This document shows positions 28,553-36,673 of a stretch of DNA of 41,226 nt, piece after piece. This DNA comes from Alphaproteobacteria bacterium (GTDB lineage: Bacteria > Pseudomonadota > Alphaproteobacteria > Micavibrionales > Micavibrionaceae). The notes under the pieces are model-generated. The model had not been told where the DNA came from and did no database searches. It saw only the letters and a program-made list of their open reading frames with translations. The stretch spans positions 10,035 to 51,260 of the forward strand of contig JAGRHC010000026.1 of assembly GCA_020445145.1 (NCBI GenBank), read 5' to 3'. A program made the position numbers and the translations under genes. Every line of letters begins with the position of its first letter. Within the stretch, counting starts at the first letter, position 1.

Positions 28553-29695
28553 ATGAGTTCCGGCACCCTTCATACCCCTGTTGTCCTTTGCGGCTTTAAA
28601 CGCTCCCCGATGCATTTTGCGAATAAGGGCGCTCTGGCGCGCGTCCGCCCGGATGATATGGCGGCTTTGGTGGTTCAGGCACTTGTATCTTCGACCGGGG
28701 TCAAGCCCGAGGATATTGAAGACTTGCTCATGGGCTGCGCGTTCCCGGAAGCGGAACAGGGTTTTAATATCGCGCGGCTGGTTGCGAATCATGCGGCATT
28801 ACCGATCACGGTTGCCGGAGCGACGATTAACCGGTTTTGCGGCTCTTCGATGACGGCTATTCATACGGCGGTCGGTATGATCCAGATGGGCGCCGGTGAC
28901 GTTTTTATTGCTGCCGGGGTTGAAAGTATGAGCCGGATTCCGATGGGCGGCTTTAACCCTATGCCAAACCCTGCAATTTTTGAGAAGTATCCGCAGGCCT
29001 ATATCTCGATGGGGGAGACGGCGGAGAACCTTGCGAAGAAATATAAAATCAGCCGGGAAGAGCAGGATGAATTTGCCGTGTCTTCTCATCTCAAGGCTGC
29101 TGCAGCGGCGAAGTCCGGTAAATTTAAAGACGAGATCGTACCGATCGGCGATATTTCTGAAGATGGCACGATTCGCCCTGATTCCAACGCTGAGGCTTTG
29201 GCCGGGCTTAAGCCTGCCTTCCTTGAAAAGGGAAGCGTGACGGCAGGCTCCTCTTCGCCCCTGACCGATGGAAGCGCAGCGGTGCTGGTGGTTTCAGAAA
29301 GTTATGCGGACAAGCACAAGCTTCCGAAACTTGCCCGTATTCGCTCTGTTGCTGTCGCGGGATGCGCGGCGGAGATTATGGGGATCGGCCCGGTTTCAGC
29401 GACGAAGAAGGCGCTGGCGCGGGCAGGACTTAAGCTTGAAGATATGGATATTATCGAGCTGAACGAAGCTTTTGCCGCACAGAGCCTCGCGGTTCTCAAG
29501 GAACTGGGTGCGGATGTGAAGAAGGTTAATATTGACGGCGGCGCGATTGCGCTGGGGCACCCGCTCGGGACGTCAGGGGCGCGGATTACCGGCAAGGCAG
29601 CAAGCCTTTTGCAGCGTGAGAAGAAAAAATATGCGCTCGCAACCATGTGTATCGGCGGCGGGCAAGGCGTGGCGACTGTGCTGGAGAAAATTTAA
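28553..29695 (+). CDS. Acetyl-CoA C-acyltransferase (3-ketoacyl-CoA thiolase, FadA-like)
   Basis: Thiolase active-site Cys context NRFCGSSM, GHPLGTSGAR and CIGGGQG. 380 aa. Confidence 0.9.
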   Translation: MSSGTLHTPVVLCGFKRSPMHFANKGALARVRPDDMAALVVQALVSSTGVKPEDIEDLLMGCAFPEAEQGFNIARLVANHAALPITVAGATINRFCGSSMTAIHTAVGMIQMGAGDVFIAAGVESMSRIPMGGFNPMPNPAIFEKYPQAYISMGETAENLAKKYKISREEQDEFAVSSHLKAAAAAKSGKFKDEIVPIGDISEDGTIRPDSNAEALAGLKPAFLEKGSVTAGSSSPLTDGSAAVLVVSESYADKHKLPKLARIRSVAVAGCAAEIMGIGPVSATKKALARAGLKLEDMDIIELNEAFAAQSLAVLKELGADVKKVNIDGGAIALGHPLGTSGARITGKAASLLQREKKKYALATMCIGGGQGVATVLEKI

Positions 29696-29713
29696 TAACG
29701 TAGGGAAGCAGAT

Positions 29714-29968
29714 TTGAACGACGGCGAAAATATCTTTGTCAGAAATGCCCGCGTTGAAGCGGACAAGGCTTGGGAAACGTCATGGACCCGTCGCTGTATT
29801 CTTGCTGCCGGAACTTATTTTGCTGTGGGGATGTATTTGACTTTTTTACATGTTGAAAGCGCCTGGTTTCATGCGCTGGTGCCTCCGATGGCTTATATCC
29901 TTTCAACCCTTACCCTGCCCTTTTTCAAAAAAATGTGGCTGGAAAATATCTATCAAAACAAAAAATAA
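29714..29968 (+). CDS. Small hypothetical membrane protein (TTG start; weak)
   Basis: 84-aa ORF with two hydrophobic segments. No ATG start in frame near the 5' end. Sits between the thiolase gene and the ORFan. Confidence 0.3.
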   Translation: MNDGENIFVRNARVEADKAWETSWTRRCILAAGTYFAVGMYLTFLHVESAWFHALVPPMAYILSTLTLPFFKKMWLENIYQNKK

Positions 29969-29982
29969 CCAATCAGACACAC

Positions 29983-30006
29983 GCCGTTTTCTTTACGGCT
30001 GTTTTC
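29983..30006 (+). terminator. Possible weak rho-independent terminator
   Basis: GCCGTtttctttACGGC followed by TGTTTTC. Short stem. Confidence 0.3.
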
Positions 30007-30013
30007 AAATGCA

Positions 30014-31207
30014 ATGAACAACGACGACAATAAAAATAGCGAAGCTGCCCTCTTGCGCCAGAAGCTTCGTCTGGATCAGACTTCCAGCCGCCAATCGATC
30101 CAGAAAAGTTTCGTGAGCCGCATAACTGAACTTATGTTACCGGGAATCCTTTCCGTTGACGAGGCGAGCGAAGACATTCGAGAGCTGTTTAAGATCTACA
30201 GTATGTACAATACAGCGGAGGTCAAGGAACTCGCGTCACAAATAAAACAAAAAGCCAAAGATTATCCCGATGCCGGGACTGTCAAACTTAATGCCAGTTC
30301 TATCGTTTATGGCCTCCATACAGCCTTGGGCAAATACTGCATCTGTATGCTAGAGGTCAACAGGATCATGGCCCAACTAAAACAAGATATGGAGGCCGCA
30401 AAAGAGCGCTCTCATGGTGAGATAGAGAATATTCAGTGGTCTCCAGATCTCCCAAAACAGATTGCCGTTGCCGTGCGGCGCCGCGATGCGCTCAGAATAA
30501 CCTTAAAACAGCTTGAAGATGCTGAGAGGATTGTTTTTCTTCTGGATTCCGTTTTGCGATTTATGCTTTTGACGCTGAATGGTGTTTTGGGGGAAGAGAA
30601 AGCAAAACCCGTTTTTGATGGCTACACAGCCAAGCTCAAGGCCGGGAAATTAAAGGCGGCGATTGATTATTTAAATGAAAAAGCCAAGATTGAGACGAGC
30701 CGTTTTTTTGTACTGAAGAAAAAAGAAAAAAAACAAAAATGGGGTTTTCTGGTTGAGATTGCCGAGTTGATTGGCAAATTAATTCAGAAATGCCGAAAAG
30801 TTGTTTCAAGCAATGATCAGCATATCTTTCTTCGGCAAAGCGAAGTGGAGGCCGTGCAAGAAGACGTTGCGGCGCAACTTCAGAAAAATCTGGATTTTAT
30901 AGCGAAGTACGAGCTCCCGGAAATTCGTTACCGTTTTGATGCTCTTGGGCGGCAGAAGAAGATTTTGTCTAATATAGGATCTTTCGAGGAGATTTTGCAG
31001 ATGATTGAAACTCTGGAAACGGCCTCTTTTTCTCCTATGCCGACGATGAAGGATGTCAAAACTTTTGAAGAAGGACTTTATAAGGAGGCACTCGGCTTTC
31101 TGGAGCAAGATAGTATTGCCATAGAAAATATTCTTAAGCTTGCTCAGGAGCTTTCTCAAGGCCCGGATCCTGAGGCCGTCGACGAAGATGAGATTGCGCC
31201 GGATTGA
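30014..31207 (+). CDS. Hypothetical coiled-coil protein, 397 aa, ORFan-like, no signal peptide
   Basis: AT-rich (about 42% GC) clean ORF inside the beta-oxidation cluster. K/E-rich predicted helices. Internal A-tract at about 30716-30740. C-terminal acidic PDPEAVDEDEIAPD. Confidence 0.6.
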   Translation: MNNDDNKNSEAALLRQKLRLDQTSSRQSIQKSFVSRITELMLPGILSVDEASEDIRELFKIYSMYNTAEVKELASQIKQKAKDYPDAGTVKLNASSIVYGLHTALGKYCICMLEVNRIMAQLKQDMEAAKERSHGEIENIQWSPDLPKQIAVAVRRRDALRITLKQLEDAERIVFLLDSVLRFMLLTLNGVLGEEKAKPVFDGYTAKLKAGKLKAAIDYLNEKAKIETSRFFVLKKKEKKQKWGFLVEIAELIGKLIQKCRKVVSSNDQHIFLRQSEVEAVQEDVAAQLQKNLDFIAKYELPEIRYRFDALGRQKKILSNIGSFEEILQMIETLETASFSPMPTMKDVKTFEEGLYKEALGFLEQDSIAIENILKLAQELSQGPDPEAVDEDEIAPD

Positions 31208-31250
31208 TTTGGGGATTAGGATAAATACGGATTATTCGCGGAGGAACACT

Positions 31251-33665
31251 ATGAACATCAAGAGCATTGCCGTTATCGGTGCAGGCGTTATGGGCAGCGG
31301 CATTGCTGCGCAAGTGGCGAATGCCGGCGTGCCGGTTTTGTTGCTGGATATTGTGCCCCCGGACCTTGCGAAATTTGGCGGGAACCGGAATGCTTTTTCT
31401 GAAGGTGCGGTTGAGAAAATGCTTAAGACCGACCCAGCGCCGTTCATGCGCAAAAGCAATGCAAAGCTGATTACCTGCGGCAATCTTGAGGATGACCTCA
31501 ATAAACTTAAAGATATCGACTGGATTATCGAGGTTGTGGTTGAAAATCTTGAGATCAAGCACAAGACGTACCAGACGCTTGATAAGCACCGGAAAAAAGG
31601 GTCGATCATTTCCTCCAACACATCGACGATCCCGCTGCACAAGCTTGCTGAGGGACAATCCGCGGCATTCAAAAAAGACTTTATGATTACGCACTTCTTC
31701 AACCCGCCCCGCTATATGCGCCTTTTGGAGCTGATTGTGGGCAAGGAGACGCGCAAGGATGCGGTTGAGATTGTGCAGCAATTCTGTGATATCAATCTTG
31801 GTAAGGGCGTTGTCCGCTGTCACGATACGCCGGGCTTTATTGCGAACCGTCTTGGGGTCTTCTGGCTAACGGCGGGTGTGAATGAAGCGATCAAGCAAGG
31901 CGTCTCGGTTGAAGTTGCCGATGCGGTGATGAGCAAGCCTTGCGGCATTCCTAAGACCGGCGTGTTCGGCCTGATTGATCTGGTCGGGATTGATTTGATG
32001 CCCAAGCTTTCGGACAGCCTGCTTTCGACGTTGCCCAAGGATGATTCTTACCGCAGTCTTTTTGTCGATCACAAGTTTGTTCATGACATGATTGCGGCCG
32101 GCTATACCGGGCGCAAGGGCAAAGGCGGGTTTTACAGGCTTAATCCCGACAAGCCGGGTGCCAAGGAGAAGCAAGCGCTTCATATCAGCGCCGATCAATT
32201 TCAGGAAAGTCAGTATGAGAAGGCCGGGAAGCCCTCTTTGGCCAGCATTGACGCCGGGCGCAAGGGACTGCGCGCGGTTGTCGAGGCTGACGATGAGGGC
32301 GGACGTTATGCGTGGGCCGTACTGAAAGGCACACTCCATTACGCGGCGCAGCTTGTTGGCGAGATTGCCGATACGGTTCATGATATCGATGAGGGGATGA
32401 AGCTCGGTTACAACTGGAAAATGGGTCCGTTCGAGATGATTGACGCACTTGGCCCGGACTGGTTTGCCGGAAAGCTGAAAGAGGCGGGGATGAGCGTTCC
32501 GTCGATCCTTGAGGCACTTGGCAAAGGGACCTTCTACCGCATCGAAAAGGGTGCGCAGCAGTTCTTCGGGCTGGACGGCAAATATCATGACATCAAACGT
32601 CCCGAAGGTGTCTTGTTATTGCGTGATATTAAGCTGACATCCGAACCTGTTTTGAAAAACAAGAGCGCGAGTGTCTGGGATATCGGCGACGGGGTTTTGT
32701 GTTTTGAGCATACCTCGAAGATGAATACGTTTGATGAAGATATCTTCAATTTGCTGGAGGAAACGACGGCCCTGATTGAAAAAACGGAGTCATACAAGGC
32801 GCTGGTTGTTTATAATGAAGGCTCACATTTTTCTGCCGGGGCGAATCTCGGGCTGGCGCTGTTTATGATCAATATCGCAATGTGGCCGCAGGTCGAGGGG
32901 TTTGTTTCGCGCGGGCAGAAAGTGTTTATGGGGATTAAGTTTGCGAACTTCCCGACTGTCTCTGCCCCGTCCGGGATGGCTCTTGGCGGCGGGTGTGAGA
33001 TTTTGCTGGCTTCTGCGGCCGTTCAGGCACATGCCGAGACGTATTGCGGACTTGTCGAGGTCGGGGTTGGATTGCTGCCGGGCTGGGGCGGGTGCAAGGA
33101 AATGATCCTGCGCTTCCAAGAACGCGAGCGGCAGAGATTTGCCGCCGACATGCAAAAGATCGGCAAGAAAAATGTCTGGTTTTCTCTAGATACCACGCCG
33201 GTTGGCGCGACGCGCAAGGCGTTTGAGACGATCGGAATGGCGAGCGTTGCCAAGTCGGCGCAGGAAGCGGTTGAGATCGGCTATTTTCGTGAGACGGATG
33301 GGATTACGATGAACCGCGACCGTTTGCTTTTTGACGCCAAGTGGAAGGCTCTTGCCTTAGCCAAGGATTATCAGGCTCCGCAGAAACGTGAGGATATTCA
33401 CCTTGGCGGCGCGGGAGCCAAGCTGGCGCTGGACATGGCGGTGGGCGATCTTCGAAAGTCCGGGAAGGCAACGCCTTATGATGTTGTTGTTTCCGATCAT
33501 CTGGCGACCGTGCTTAGCGGGGGTGAGAAGGATTACAAGGACACCATAAGCGAAGATGACCTGCTGGCGCTGGAGCTTCGCGAATTTATGAAATTATTGC
33601 ACAATGAAGGCACGCTTGCGCGGATTGAATATATGCTCGATAACGGCAAACCGCTTCGAAACTAA
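31251..33665 (+). CDS. Fused 3-hydroxyacyl-CoA dehydrogenase (N-terminal) / enoyl-CoA hydratase (C-terminal), FadN-type
   Basis: GGAGG RBS, ATG 31251. IAVIGAGVMGSGIA NAD-binding. HFFNPP 3HCDH motif. C-terminal crotonase fold (ALVVYNEGSHFSAGANLG). The ORF is open from 31140. Confidence 0.9.
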   Translation: MNIKSIAVIGAGVMGSGIAAQVANAGVPVLLLDIVPPDLAKFGGNRNAFSEGAVEKMLKTDPAPFMRKSNAKLITCGNLEDDLNKLKDIDWIIEVVVENLEIKHKTYQTLDKHRKKGSIISSNTSTIPLHKLAEGQSAAFKKDFMITHFFNPPRYMRLLELIVGKETRKDAVEIVQQFCDINLGKGVVRCHDTPGFIANRLGVFWLTAGVNEAIKQGVSVEVADAVMSKPCGIPKTGVFGLIDLVGIDLMPKLSDSLLSTLPKDDSYRSLFVDHKFVHDMIAAGYTGRKGKGGFYRLNPDKPGAKEKQALHISADQFQESQYEKAGKPSLASIDAGRKGLRAVVEADDEGGRYAWAVLKGTLHYAAQLVGEIADTVHDIDEGMKLGYNWKMGPFEMIDALGPDWFAGKLKEAGMSVPSILEALGKGTFYRIEKGAQQFFGLDGKYHDIKRPEGVLLLRDIKLTSEPVLKNKSASVWDIGDGVLCFEHTSKMNTFDEDIFNLLEETTALIEKTESYKALVVYNEGSHFSAGANLGLALFMINIAMWPQVEGFVSRGQKVFMGIKFANFPTVSAPSGMALGGGCEILLASAAVQAHAETYCGLVEVGVGLLPGWGGCKEMILRFQERERQRFAADMQKIGKKNVWFSLDTTPVGATRKAFETIGMASVAKSAQEAVEIGYFRETDGITMNRDRLLFDAKWKALALAKDYQAPQKREDIHLGGAGAKLALDMAVGDLRKSGKATPYDVVVSDHLATVLSGGEKDYKDTISEDDLLALELREFMKLLHNEGTLARIEYMLDNGKPLRN

Positions 33666-33677
33666 CGAGATACGAAA

Positions 33678-34142
33678 ATGATTTTTAATATACTGGTCCT
33701 GATGCCCTTCTTCGCCTCGGCGTTTTACGGCCTCAGTTATGTTTTCATGGAAAGAACGCTCGGGGTTCACCTTAACCCGACGACGTTCCTGTTTTTTAAC
33801 ACGCTGGCCGAAGTGATCGCGATTATGCTTTTGATCCATGTCCAGGGCGAGCATCTGGATATTCGTTCTGCAACGTCGTCCTGGCCGATTTTTTTGATGG
33901 TGATTGCGGCGGCGACGCTGCCGATCGGGGGATGGGTTTTAACGATCTATTCGATCCGGCATCTTTCGGCGCTTTATACGGCGCTGGCGGAGACTTCTTA
34001 TCCGCTCTTTACGCTGGCATTCGGGTTCCTGATTTTTGGTATTCGCCAGTTTAACATGACGACCTTTCTGGGCGGCGCGTTGATCCTTGTCGGTGCCGGC
34101 ATTATGGTCTACGGCAAGAACCAAGCCGAAGGCCATGAGTGA
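33678..34142 (+). CDS. Half-size EamA/DMT-family membrane transporter
   Basis: 154 aa, four hydrophobic helices. The C-terminal ALILVGAGIMVYGK is typical of an EamA terminal helix. Confidence 0.65.
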   Translation: MIFNILVLMPFFASAFYGLSYVFMERTLGVHLNPTTFLFFNTLAEVIAIMLLIHVQGEHLDIRSATSSWPIFLMVIAAATLPIGGWVLTIYSIRHLSALYTALAETSYPLFTLAFGFLIFGIRQFNMTTFLGGALILVGAGIMVYGKNQAEGHE

Positions 34143-34794
34143 TCCGGTTGATATATACTGTGAACGGCTGGCGCCCGGTTTGTGGGTGGAACCGTTGAAT
34201 GCGCTGACCAATCTGTCTTTTTTTGTCGCGGCGTTTTTTGTTTACAGGCTTTCCAAATCCGCGCAAGGCTGGGACAGACGCACTCAACTGCTGACGTTTT
34301 TGTTGGTTTTGATCGGTACGGGCAGTTCGCTCTTTCACACCTTTGCGACCAAGGCGACCATGCTGGCGGATGTTTTTCCGATCCTTTTATTTCAGATCGC
34401 CTTCATCTGGCTTTATGCGCTGGATGTGATGAGGCTGGGGCCGACAAAGACAAGCATTTTATTTGTTCTCTTTATGGGTTGCACGGTTCTGGCCGAGATG
34501 GCACCGTTTTCGATTTTGAACGGGTCTCTTTCTTATGCTCCGGCGCTCCTGTTTCTCTCAGGCTTTGCCGTCTGGCATATGAAAAAAGCGGAGAAGGCCC
34601 GCCTGTCGCTTTTGCTGGCCAGTTTGATTTTTGTGTTGTCCCTGACGTTTCGCTCCGTCGATATGTCGGTGTGTGACGCCCTGCCGATCGGGACCCATTT
34701 TTTTTGGCATATCCTGAACGGGGCTGTGCTCTTCTTTAGTGCTCGCGCCTATATTCTCGCGCGGGTTTCGTGTTATACTGGCAAGACAACCTGA
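34135..34794 (+). CDS. Ceramidase-family (alkaline ceramidase-like, PF05875-type) 7-TM hydrolase
   Basis: Motif-by-motif match to alkaline ceramidases: IYCERLAPGLWVEPLNALTNL (cf. DWCEENY..EFWNTVSNL), GSSLFHTFAT (cf. GSWCFHMTL), ADVFP (cf. DELPM), THFFWHILNG (cf. QFHAWWHILTG). Its start overlaps the stop of the upstream transporter gene by 8 nt. Confidence 0.75.
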   Translation: MSDPVDIYCERLAPGLWVEPLNALTNLSFFVAAFFVYRLSKSAQGWDRRTQLLTFLLVLIGTGSSLFHTFATKATMLADVFPILLFQIAFIWLYALDVMRLGPTKTSILFVLFMGCTVLAEMAPFSILNGSLSYAPALLFLSGFAVWHMKKAEKARLSLLLASLIFVLSLTFRSVDMSVCDALPIGTHFFWHILNGAVLFFSARAYILARVSCYTGKTT

Positions 34795-34807
34795 CGAGGA
34801 ATTTCTT

Positions 34808-36595
34808 ATGCCCTCTTACACCCCGCCTTTGGATGATATCCGGTTTATTCTTCATGATGTGCTTGATGCGCAGAGTTTATCAGCGCTTCCCGGTTATGAA
34901 GATGTGTCCCCTGAACTCATCGACCAGATCACCGAGGAAGGCGGCAAGCTATGTGCCGATATTCTGTTTCCGATCAACCAGAGCGGGGATGAAGAAGGAT
35001 GCCAGTTTGACGCAGGTGACGTGAAAACTCCCGCAGGATTTAAAGACGCCTACGATATGTTTGCGGCGAATGGCTGGTGCGGGGTGTCGAGCGATCCTGG
35101 ATATGGCGGCATGGGGATAACGGTGGTTTTGAATACCGTGATGCAGGAGATGATTTGCAGCGCGAATTTTTCATTTGGCATGTATCCAGGGCTATCGCAG
35201 GGCGCTTACGAGGCTCTGCATAAATTCGGGACGGACGCACAAAAAGAGACCTATCTGCCCAAGCTGGTCGAGGGTGTGTGGTCGGGAACGATGTGCCTGA
35301 CCGAGGCGCATTGCGGGACGGATCTCGGGCTGATCAAGACCAAGGCTGAGCCGAATAAGGATGGTTCTTATTCTATTACAGGCACCAAGATTTTTATCTC
35401 GGCCGGTGAGCATGATCTGAGCGAAAATATTGTTCACCTTGTGCTCGCGCGTCTGCCGGATGCGCAGGAAGGCGTTAAAGGGATTTCGCTTTTTGTCGTG
35501 CCTAAATTTTTACCGGAGTGTGATGGTGTCGGGGCGCGCAACGGCGTGGCCTGCGGGGCGATCGAGCATAAAATGGGGATCAAGGCCTCAGCGACATGCG
35601 TTATGAACTTTGACGGCGCGCGCGGGGAGCTTGTGGGAGAGCCGCACAAGGGCTTGCGGGCGATGTTTACGATGATGAATGCGGCGCGACTGGGTGTGGC
35701 GATGCAGGGGCTCGGGATAGCCGCTGTCGCGTATCAAAACGGCTTGTCTTACGCGAAGGACCGCCTGCAGATGCGGAGTTTGACCGGGCCAAAGGCGCCG
35801 GATAAGCCAGCAGACCCGATTATTGTGCACCCGGATGTGCGGCGGATGCTGCTGACCGGGAAGGCGTTTCTTGAGGGCGCGCGCGCGCTGTCTTACTGGA
35901 CCGGAATGAATCTGGATATTGCCGAGAAGCATCCGGATGCGGACAAGCGCAAGGAGGCGGATGATCTTGTTGCGCTTCTCACGCCGATTTTGAAGGCTTA
36001 TCAGACCGATATGGGCACGGAGGTCGCCAATCTGGCTGTGCAGGTTTATGGCGGCCATGGCTATATTCGCGAATGGGGCGTCGAGCAATATGTTCGGGAT
36101 GCCCGGATCGCCCAGATTTACGAGGGCACCAACGGTATTCAGGCGCTTGATCTTGTCGGGCGTAAAATGGGGCAAGGCTACGGGCGCTTGCTGCGGCGTT
36201 TTTTCCATCCTGTGCAGGATTTTATCACAGAGAATCAAATGAATGTGGATGTACAGGAGTTTATTTTCCCTCTGGCCAAGGCGTTTGCAAAACTGCAGCA
36301 AAGCACAGCCTTTATAGCACAAAACGGCCTTAAGAATCCTGACGAGGCCGGGGCAGCGTCCAACGACTATTTGCGGCAGTTTGCGCTGGTTGCGATGGCG
36401 TATATGTGGTGCAAAATTGTTTTAGCTGCGCAGCAAAAATTAAAAGACGGGACAGGGGATAAAGCGTTTTTTGAGGCCAAGCTGAAAACGGCACGGTTCT
36501 TCTTCTCCCGTATGCTGCCGGAGACCGATGCACGGTTTAAAATGGTTTTAGCCGGAGCCGGAAGCCTTATGTCTCATGAGGTTGAGCAGTTTTAA
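34808..36595 (+). CDS. Long-chain acyl-CoA dehydrogenase (about 596-aa FadE-type)
   Basis: MPSYTPPLDDIRFILHDVLD is the N-terminus of the roughly 600-aa proteobacterial FadE family. Central ACAD fold (GTMCLTEAHCGTDLG, YEGTNGIQALDLVGRK). The ORF is open from 34739. Confidence 0.9.
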   Translation: MPSYTPPLDDIRFILHDVLDAQSLSALPGYEDVSPELIDQITEEGGKLCADILFPINQSGDEEGCQFDAGDVKTPAGFKDAYDMFAANGWCGVSSDPGYGGMGITVVLNTVMQEMICSANFSFGMYPGLSQGAYEALHKFGTDAQKETYLPKLVEGVWSGTMCLTEAHCGTDLGLIKTKAEPNKDGSYSITGTKIFISAGEHDLSENIVHLVLARLPDAQEGVKGISLFVVPKFLPECDGVGARNGVACGAIEHKMGIKASATCVMNFDGARGELVGEPHKGLRAMFTMMNAARLGVAMQGLGIAAVAYQNGLSYAKDRLQMRSLTGPKAPDKPADPIIVHPDVRRMLLTGKAFLEGARALSYWTGMNLDIAEKHPDADKRKEADDLVALLTPILKAYQTDMGTEVANLAVQVYGGHGYIREWGVEQYVRDARIAQIYEGTNGIQALDLVGRKMGQGYGRLLRRFFHPVQDFITENQMNVDVQEFIFPLAKAFAKLQQSTAFIAQNGLKNPDEAGAASNDYLRQFALVAMAYMWCKIVLAAQQKLKDGTGDKAFFEAKLKTARFFFSRMLPETDARFKMVLAGAGSLMSHEVEQF

Positions 36596-36613
36596 AGGTG
36601 CAGCATAAAAATG

Positions 36614-36642
36614 AGTGAATAACAAAAAGCCGGATGAAGACC
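36614..36642. terminator. Bidirectional rho-independent terminator between convergent genes
   Basis: AAAAA GCCGG atgaaga CCGGC TTTTTTT. An A-run precedes and a T-run follows the hairpin. Confidence 0.7.
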
Positions 36643-36673
36643 GGCTTTTTTTACGCAGATAAATTTCGTTTTT

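Noticed and set aside
31134-32588. Minus-strand ORFs 31134-31823 and 31866-32588
   Set aside because: Antisense to the fadN-like gene, with compositionally skewed translations.
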